Positions 26,576 through 33,938 of a stretch of 33,938 nt of DNA are shown piece after piece. The stretch spans positions 13,457 to 47,394 of the forward strand of contig MEYP01000005.1 of NCBI GenBank assembly GCA_001775835.1. Reading direction: 5' to 3'. The position numbers and the translations under genes are program-made. The notes under the pieces are model-generated. The model saw only the letters and a list, made by a program, of their open reading frames with translations. It was not told the DNA's origin and made no database searches. The stretch comes from Candidatus Azambacteria bacterium RIFCSPHIGHO2_02_FULL_52_12. Its GTDB lineage: Bacteria; Patescibacteriota; Minisyncoccia; GWC2-36-17; WO2-46-25. Numbering within the stretch: position 1 is the stretch's first letter; every line of letters starts with the position of its first letter.

Positions 26576-27253
26576 CTATTTCAAGGGGTGCGGAACGAAT
26601 TTCCCGTGCGCTATCCAGATGACCACGGCAAGCCACACGCCGCCCATCACCCAGCTTCCCAGCACGTCGGAAGGCCAATGCACGCCCAGATACAGCCGCG
26701 AGAACCCCACCAAAAAAATGAATAACCCGCTCGCAAGGCACGTCAGGACCTTCGCGCGCAGAGTGTATTCGTGCCGTATGACAAAATACATCAAAAGGCC
26801 GTAAAACACAAGGGAGATGAACGCATGCCCTGAAGGAAAGCTGTAGCTGTCCTCGGAAACAAGATGCAAGAGAAACGGCGGGCGGGCGCGCAAGAAGGTG
26901 TGCTTCATCAGATAGATCATTGCCGCGGCGCCCACGATTGCCGTAGCGGAGACCATGAAATGCGCCACTCTTTTATGGTACGCGAACCACAAAAGCACAG
27001 CCGCAGTGAGCCCGATGATGACGGGCGCGCTTCCCAGGAATGTTATGACCTTCATCAGCGCCGTCAGCGACGCGGCGCGCAGAGAGATGGCATATGCCAG
27101 CATGTCCGCATCAAGCGCGGCAAAATCGTTATTGAAACGGAACGTATCCGTGACATATACGGCAAGAACCGTAAAAAAAAGATAGACCGTAACGCCTATG
27201 GCAAACTGGAAATCAAAAAAATCAAGGCATTTTTTTACAAAAGAGCGGATCAT
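26576..27253 (-). CDS. PAP2-family phosphatase (undecaprenyl-PP phosphatase-like)
   Basis: K......RP, SFPSGH, SRLYLGVHWPSDV. Confidence 0.93.
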   Translation of the reverse strand: MIRSFVKKCLDFFDFQFAIGVTVYLFFTVLAVYVTDTFRFNNDFAALDADMLAYAISLRAASLTALMKVITFLGSAPVIIGLTAAVLLWFAYHKRVAHFMVSATAIVGAAAMIYLMKHTFLRARPPFLLHLVSEDSYSFPSGHAFISLVFYGLLMYFVIRHEYTLRAKVLTCLASGLFIFLVGFSRLYLGVHWPSDVLGSWVMGGVWLAVVIWIAHGKFVPHPLK

Positions 27254-27262
27254 TGTTTTGTG

Positions 27263-27607
27263 TTATATAATCGAGAGCACTAGTATCATAAGCCACCCGA
27301 CGGAAACCATGAGCGCGGCGCCCGCCATCATGTCTTTGAGGATGCGGATTTCCTCAAGCGATGCGGGGAGCAGGATATCCATCGCTTTTTCAAGCGCGGT
27401 ATTGATAAGCTCCACCGCAAGCATCAGCGACCCGGCGATGATGACCGCCGCTTTCTGCCACCCCTCCATGGGCCACCAGAACACCAGCGCGAGAGACGCC
27501 AGCACCAAAGCCAGCATGATACGGAAGTTTTGTTCCCGGTGGAACGCCTCTTTCAATCCGATAAGCGAGTGGCGGAAGCTTTTTACCATTTTTTTTACTT
27601 TGATCAT
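27263..27607 (-). CDS. dgkA: Diacylglycerol/undecaprenol kinase family
   Basis: EQNFR, ELINTALEKAMD, KDMMAGA. Confidence 0.88.
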   Translation of the reverse strand: MIKVKKMVKSFRHSLIGLKEAFHREQNFRIMLALVLASLALVFWWPMEGWQKAAVIIAGSLMLAVELINTALEKAMDILLPASLEEIRILKDMMAGAALMVSVGWLMILVLSII

Positions 27608-27618
27608 ATGCTATGAGT

Positions 27619-28461
27619 TTACCACGCGGCCGTGAAGTTGCGAAATGCGCCCATCAGCGCGTGCGTCGTTTTCCCCACCCTGCCGTTGCCGATCTTCATG
27701 CCGTTTATCCGCACGACCGGCGCGATTTCCTTGCTCGTGGCGGTGATGAACGCTTCATCCGCGGTTTTGAGTTCCCGCACCGCAATGTCGCGCTCAACTG
27801 CGCGCATGCCAAGCTCGCGCGCGCAATCGATCGCCGCGCGGCGCGTAATCCCGTGCAGGATATTCTGTTTTGGCGTTATCAGCGCGCCGTTTTTCACGAT
27901 GAAAAAATTGCTCGTTGCCGCTTCCAGGACCTTCCCCCGCGAAACATACAGCGGCTCGAGCGCGCCCGCTTTTTTGCACGCGTCCCTTGCAAGAAGCGCC
28001 TCAACGTAGTTCAGCGTTTTCGCTTCCGGCAGTTCCCGCTGATATTCGCGCGTGATGAGCTTGAGCCCCTTGGTATACGCGCTTTCGGGAAGCGCGTGCA
28101 GGGACGAGACCAAAATAAAAAAACCCGGATGCCTTTTGTCGTACCCCATGCCGTCTTTGCTTTCGCCGCCGGTGAGTATCATGCGGATGCTCGCCTCTTG
28201 TCCGCCAACTGGCGGATTGTTCTTGGCAAGCAACGCGCCGACGATGCGTTTGATCTTTGCGCGCGGATACGGGAGTTTCAAGCCAAGCATCGTTCCCGAG
28301 AACGCGAGGCGCTCGATATGCTCGTCGAGCATGAACGGTTTGCCGTTATAGGTGCGCAAAGGGTCCGAAACGCCGTAGCCGCGCAAAAAACCGACGTCGT
28401 GCACGCCGACCGACGCCTGCGCATCCGAAACAATACGCCCGTTGATAAAACAATAATTCAT
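27619..28461 (-). CDS. Class IV PLP aminotransferase (BCAT/D-amino acid transaminase-like)
   Basis: GFLRGYGV, HIERL, AKTLNY, EAATSNFF, LHGITR, DEAFIT. Start MNYCF. Confidence 0.92.
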   Translation of the reverse strand: MNYCFINGRIVSDAQASVGVHDVGFLRGYGVSDPLRTYNGKPFMLDEHIERLAFSGTMLGLKLPYPRAKIKRIVGALLAKNNPPVGGQEASIRMILTGGESKDGMGYDKRHPGFFILVSSLHALPESAYTKGLKLITREYQRELPEAKTLNYVEALLARDACKKAGALEPLYVSRGKVLEAATSNFFIVKNGALITPKQNILHGITRRAAIDCARELGMRAVERDIAVRELKTADEAFITATSKEIAPVVRINGMKIGNGRVGKTTHALMGAFRNFTAAW

Positions 28462-28466
28462 GCCGG

Positions 28467-28537
28467 AGCGGGTAAGGGGAATCGAACCCCTGTGTCTAGC
28501 TTGGGAAGCTAGCATAATGCCACTATACGATACCCGC
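28467..28537 (-). tRNA. tRNA-Gly(CCC)
   Basis: GCGGGTA/TACCCGC acceptor stem; CTAGC-TTCCCAA-GCTAG; GGTTCGATTCC. Confidence 0.95.
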
Positions 28538-28541
28538 GCAG

Positions 28542-28940
28542 TTATTTTCCAAACAACACCACAAGCCATTGGCGCGCGTTGGATGACGCCGATGAGGGTT
28601 TGGGGACCGCTTCTTTCTCTGTGGTTGGCGCTTGCGGAGTCTGCTGGGTGATGATGACGGACTGTTCGCCGGGAAGCTGGTAATTGAGCTTTTTGCGCGC
28701 TTCTTTTTCCAAAAACGCCTTGTCCTCCAGGCGCGCCACCAACGCCTTTAAATCTTTGTTCTTCTCGTTCAATTCCTGCAACTTCGCGCTGACCGTTGAA
28801 CTTTGCTTGTTTATCTGGTATCGTTCCAGGGAGACGGCGTAGACTTCATACGACAAAAATCCGGCGGTAGCCACCAGCAGAACAGCCAGGAGCTTCACCT
28901 TCAAAGAACCTCCTGTTCTCTTTTTGTACGCACGAGCCAT
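28542..28940 (-). CDS. ftsB: Septum formation initiator FtsB/DivIC
   Basis: Single TM, coiled coil, EKEARKKLNYQLPGE. Confidence 0.85.
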   Translation of the reverse strand: MARAYKKRTGGSLKVKLLAVLLVATAGFLSYEVYAVSLERYQINKQSSTVSAKLQELNEKNKDLKALVARLEDKAFLEKEARKKLNYQLPGEQSVIITQQTPQAPTTEKEAVPKPSSASSNARQWLVVLFGK

Positions 28941-28958
28941 ATAACCTTATCATACCAT

Positions 28959-29057
28959 ATGTTCAAATTCAAAAAAGCGTCAAAAATCATCTGGAAGATC
29001 GCCATCATCATGGTCATCATCTCCATGGTCGCTTTCACGCTCATTCCGCTCCTTTGA
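28959..29057 (+). CDS. 32-aa single-TM peptide
   Basis: MFKFKKASKIIWKIAIIMVIISMVAFTLIPLL; basic N-terminus plus TM, host-like codons. Confidence 0.55.
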   Translation: MFKFKKASKIIWKIAIIMVIISMVAFTLIPLL

Positions 29058-29063
29058 CAGAAG

Positions 29064-29152
29064 CTGGAATCTAGAAAATAGAACCTAGAATACAAGGGAG
29101 GGTATGAAGGAATGTTTCCCTTTTCTACTTTCTAGTTTCTAGATTCTATTTT

Positions 29153-29157
<5 letters not shown>
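29064..29157. repeat. Inverted arrays of TAGAA-core heptamers
   Basis: ctggaat ctagaaa atagaac ctagaat ... ttctact ttctagt ttctaga ttctatt ttctatt. Confidence 0.75.
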
Positions 29158-30943
<1,786 letters not shown>

Positions 30944-30976
30944 ATCGACAAACGTATCATACTGATGCGAGAAAGT

Positions 30977-31615
30977 CTACGCCTTGTTTGTATGAGAGCT
31001 CAGGATAAAAACGGACGCGCAAACAAAAACGGTGAAGATAAAAATATACGACACGAGCAACGGCCAGAAGTCGTTTACCAGGACTACCAGCGACCCGCCG
31101 AGGCCGGCAAACAGAAACCCAAGACCGAGAAAAAATAGTGGCACTTTATTTTTCTTTATATTGGCCAGATTCGAGAGGAACGTGACCCCCAGAGCAAGCG
31201 TAAAAAGAATAATACCGATACTAAATACTATTGCATCAATAATGGCATAATGCCAATAAATAAGAAATCCTTGTATGACGGGTTGGGGCAAAGCATTCAT
31301 GCCGACAAATAGTTTTATAAAGGAAAAAACTGCGACCACCGCACTGATGAAATTCGGCGAAACGCTTTTCACCTGCTGAAATCGTATGAACGCGCGCAAG
31401 ACAAATGCAAATGAAAACAGCATGATAAAATTGCCGATTTCGGCGGCGATACCTGAAGAAAACGCATATAACGTAAAACTCATGACTAAGAAAACAAAAA
31501 ACAGGTAAAACTCATGATAATTTTGACCGCCTGTTTTTTTCCACGCCTTATAAAAAAAGGCGCTTGCCCACAAAGATATTATGGCGGAAAACAAATAGAC
31601 AAAAATAGAAAACAT
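30977..31615 (-). CDS. Multi-TM (~7) membrane protein, paralog 3
   Basis: MFSIFVYLF start; LIYWHY and LGLGF..GG shared with its neighbours. Confidence 0.8.
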   Translation of the reverse strand: MFSIFVYLFSAIISLWASAFFYKAWKKTGGQNYHEFYLFFVFLVMSFTLYAFSSGIAAEIGNFIMLFSFAFVLRAFIRFQQVKSVSPNFISAVVAVFSFIKLFVGMNALPQPVIQGFLIYWHYAIIDAIVFSIGIILFTLALGVTFLSNLANIKKNKVPLFFLGLGFLFAGLGGSLVVLVNDFWPLLVSYIFIFTVFVCASVFILSSHTNKA

Positions 31616-31626
31616 ATATGCTTACT

Positions 31627-32280
31627 TTATATGGGCCTGGCATTCAGTAAAAACAGGGTGACAAGCACGAAGGTAATAAAAAGAAGGGTGAATCCGAGCA
31701 CAAGAGCCCAGAATACATTAAAAGCGACAAGAGGCAATCCGCTTGCGCCGCCGATCAGAAATGCCAATCCCAGATACACAACCTGTATTTTGCGTTCTTT
31801 AATATTCTTCAGATTGTAAAAGAACGTCATGCCCATGGCGGCGGTATAACATGTTAACAATCCTAGATATACTATACTGCTTGGCAATGCATAATGCCAA
31901 TAGATAAGCCCGTCCGTAAAAGCAGGGATGGGCGGATAACGCAGAGAAACAATAAGACTTACGCATGCCGCAAGAATTCCCAAAATCGTGACTGAATTTA
32001 CTGATATCGCGACAACCTTCCAAAAACGGACCAATGCCCGCAAAACAAAAGAAAAAGAGAGAAGAACAAAAAAATTGATCAGCTCACCACCCAAAGCAAA
32101 AAGCGTTGGATTTTTAAAGAATACCAATGAAGGAGCCATGAAACCCAATCCTAAAAAAAAGAAGAAGGTTCCGAATGCCGTATACAGATCGTAGTTATTT
32201 TTTTTCCCAATCCTAAAGAAATAACTACTCGCCCACAAAGAAACGGCAGCAGAAAACAAATAGACAAAAATAGAGAACAT
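31627..32280 (-). CDS. Multi-TM (~7) membrane protein, paralog 2
   Basis: MFSIFVYLF start; LIYWHY motif. Confidence 0.8.
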   Translation of the reverse strand: MFSIFVYLFSAAVSLWASSYFFRIGKKNNYDLYTAFGTFFFFLGLGFMAPSLVFFKNPTLFALGGELINFFVLLSFSFVLRALVRFWKVVAISVNSVTILGILAACVSLIVSLRYPPIPAFTDGLIYWHYALPSSIVYLGLLTCYTAAMGMTFFYNLKNIKERKIQVVYLGLAFLIGGASGLPLVAFNVFWALVLGFTLLFITFVLVTLFLLNARPI

Positions 32281-32282
32281 AG

Positions 32283-32945
32283 CTATACCTGTTTTTTATT
32301 TGCTGAAATCAGAATGAAGATAAGCCAGAACACAGCGCACGCGAGAAGTATGAGATAGCCGACCATGAGGGGAAGAAAAACATTGAAACTGTGCACAAAC
32401 ACTCCGCCGACGCCTCCGGCAATGAACCCCAACCCTAACAATAAAAGCGTCTTTTTGTTTTGCATAACATTGCCCATGTTAGCGAGAAGCGTATATGCCA
32501 TGGAGATGGTAAAAACAGCGACAAACGCACCGAAGAAAATGGCATGGAAAAGCGGATAGTGCCAATAAATGAGATGGTCTTGCATGACGGGAACGGCAGG
32601 TATGATGATTCCGATACTAAACTTTATAACTGCGGATACGGCAAAGATGATAAGTATGGTGGCGGGAGCTATGAATGAAATCCGCTGAAAACGGAGAAAA
32701 GCGCGAAATACAAATGCAAAAGAAAGAAGAATAAGAAAATTACCGACTTCTATAACAATGCCCCGTGCGGATTGATTTAATAAAAGAGCGAGCGGGTAAA
32801 GAAACATGCCTATTCCCAAAAAAAGAAAGAAAAAGAAAAACTCGCGATAATTCGCATAAGGATGCTCTTTAAAGGCGCGCCGAAAATGTCCGCTTGCCCA
32901 CAGAGAAACGCCTGTAAAAAATAAGTATATAGAGACGGAAAACAT
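32283..32945 (-). CDS. Multi-TM (~7) membrane protein, paralog 1
   Basis: MFSVSIYLF start; LIYWHY motif; TGCTATAAT upstream at 32957-32965. Confidence 0.8.
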   Translation of the reverse strand: MFSVSIYLFFTGVSLWASGHFRRAFKEHPYANYREFFFFFLFLGIGMFLYPLALLLNQSARGIVIEVGNFLILLSFAFVFRAFLRFQRISFIAPATILIIFAVSAVIKFSIGIIIPAVPVMQDHLIYWHYPLFHAIFFGAFVAVFTISMAYTLLANMGNVMQNKKTLLLLGLGFIAGGVGGVFVHSFNVFLPLMVGYLILLACAVFWLIFILISANKKQV

Positions 32946-32970
32946 ATATTTATTTCATTATAGCACATAC

Positions 32971-33938
32971 TCACAACTTGTCCGAGCCGTTCACCTGGAT
33001 GGGGAAAACGCGGGAAAGGAACAGTTTCCTGACCGGTAGGAAGAACGCCTGCCAGAACGTGAAAAATTCAGGGATTTTGAGCGCCCAGGAGCTTGCGCAA
33101 TACGCGAGAAGTCCGGCAAGGAACGCCGCGATGCCTTGCGCGAAAATGCCCGTGAACGTCTGCATATCCACCAGCGCCGCGACCGCGTGCAGCGTGGCGT
33201 ACACCGCAACCGCCATCACGAAAACGGCGATATTGGTCTTAAACAGCGAGCGGATGATGGTGTCGGAATCATATGACTCCATCCTCCAGGAAAACGCCAG
33301 ATAGAGCCAGAGAAAGTTGATGATGCTCGATACGGAAAACGCCAGCGGCAAAGCCAGCACGGAGATGTCGGCGATATCGGATACTTTCAGAAGCGTACCG
33401 ACATAATGCGCGAACGCGCCGTGCGCGCGCATGAGGTTCAGGAAATAAAAGCTGAAGAGAATATTGATGAACACGGAAGCGACGTTGATGAACACCGGCG
33501 TTTTAGTGTTGTGGATGGCGTAGAACGCCCGCGTGAAAAGCGGGATGAGCGACTGCGCGAAAATGGAAACGGCAAAAGCCCCCAGCGCCGCGGCGGTGAG
33601 GCGCGTGTCCTCCCACGAAAACTGCCCGTATCCCAAAATGACGCGGACGATCTGCGCGCGCTCCAGGATGAGGAACAACGAGATGGGAATGACCAAAAAC
33701 AGAATCTGGTTGACGGTGAGGTAGAGCTCGCGCAAGAACCCGCCGGTATCTTTGTTCGCGTACGCCGCGGAGAGCATCGGAAACACGGCGCTGACGAACG
33801 ACAGCGCGACGATGCCGATGGGGACGAACTGGAGGTCGTTGGCGAAGTTGAACACGGAGATGCTTCCCGAAGACATGGTCGAGGCGATGGAGGTGATGAT
33901 GATGAAATTCAGCTGGTAGGCGGCAAGCCCGACGGTGC
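32971..33938 (-). CDS. murJ: Lipid II flippase MurJ (5' partial)
   Basis: Frame open to the window edge; FANDLQFVPIG, VFPMLS, YGQFSWEDT, RAFYAIHNTKTP. Confidence 0.92.
   Translation of the reverse strand, partial: TVGLAAYQLNFIIITSIASTMSSGSISVFNFANDLQFVPIGIVALSFVSAVFPMLSAAYANKDTGGFLRELYLTVNQILFLVIPISLFLILERAQIVRVILGYGQFSWEDTRLTAAALGAFAVSIFAQSLIPLFTRAFYAIHNTKTPVFINVASVFINILFSFYFLNLMRAHGAFAHYVGTLLKVSDIADISVLALPLAFSVSSIINFLWLYLAFSWRMESYDSDTIIRSLFKTNIAVFVMAVAVYATLHAVAALVDMQTFTGIFAQGIAAFLAGLLAYCASSWALKIPEFFTFWQAFFLPVRKLFLSRVFPIQVNGSDKL

Noticed and set aside
27613-28512. Long antisense ORFs (this one, 1589..2368, 2305..3069, 2903..3715, 6334..6945, 24629..25264 and others)
   Set aside because: They are shadows of well-supported genes on the opposite strand in GC-rich DNA.
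28462-28569. N-terminal extension of the aminotransferase ORF, and ORF 26465..26725
   Set aside because: These frames run through the tRNA-Gly and tRNA-Thr genes.

Overview
A bacterial chromosome window that looks like Patescibacteria/CPR (Parcubacteria-like); the taxon is inferred from gene content, CPR-style hypothetical proteins and -10 boxes sitting right against start codons. GC-richer flanks hold host genes. Left: a Cys-His-Asp hypothetical protein, an M15 peptidase, an MFS transporter, rnr, a RhuM-Fic protein, a LUD protein and secreted proteins. Right: ftsX, ftsE, prfB with a +1 frameshift, tRNA-Thr, PAP2, dgkA, a class IV aminotransferase, tRNA-Gly, ftsB, lepA, three tandem paralogous membrane proteins and partial murJ. 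Between them, a visibly AT-rich region (~9.8-23.5 kb) ends at tRNA-Gln(CTG). It carries: (i) an integration/replication module of a hairpin, a CTTGATA nick-like motif, an HUH rolling-circle Rep and a large serine recombinase that reads into the tRNA; (ii) a LexA-DNA methyltransferase fusion with a convergent type II REase; (iii) a divergent operon encoding a TIR protein, a small membrane protein and an Mrr-nuclease-STAND NTPase, followed by a DpnI-family nuclease; (iv) two toxin-antitoxin-like pairs. Three co-oriented copies of a 78-bp imperfect palindrome with a compensatory base change separate gene blocks in a cassette-like way. All family calls come from motif recognition by eye; no searches were run.
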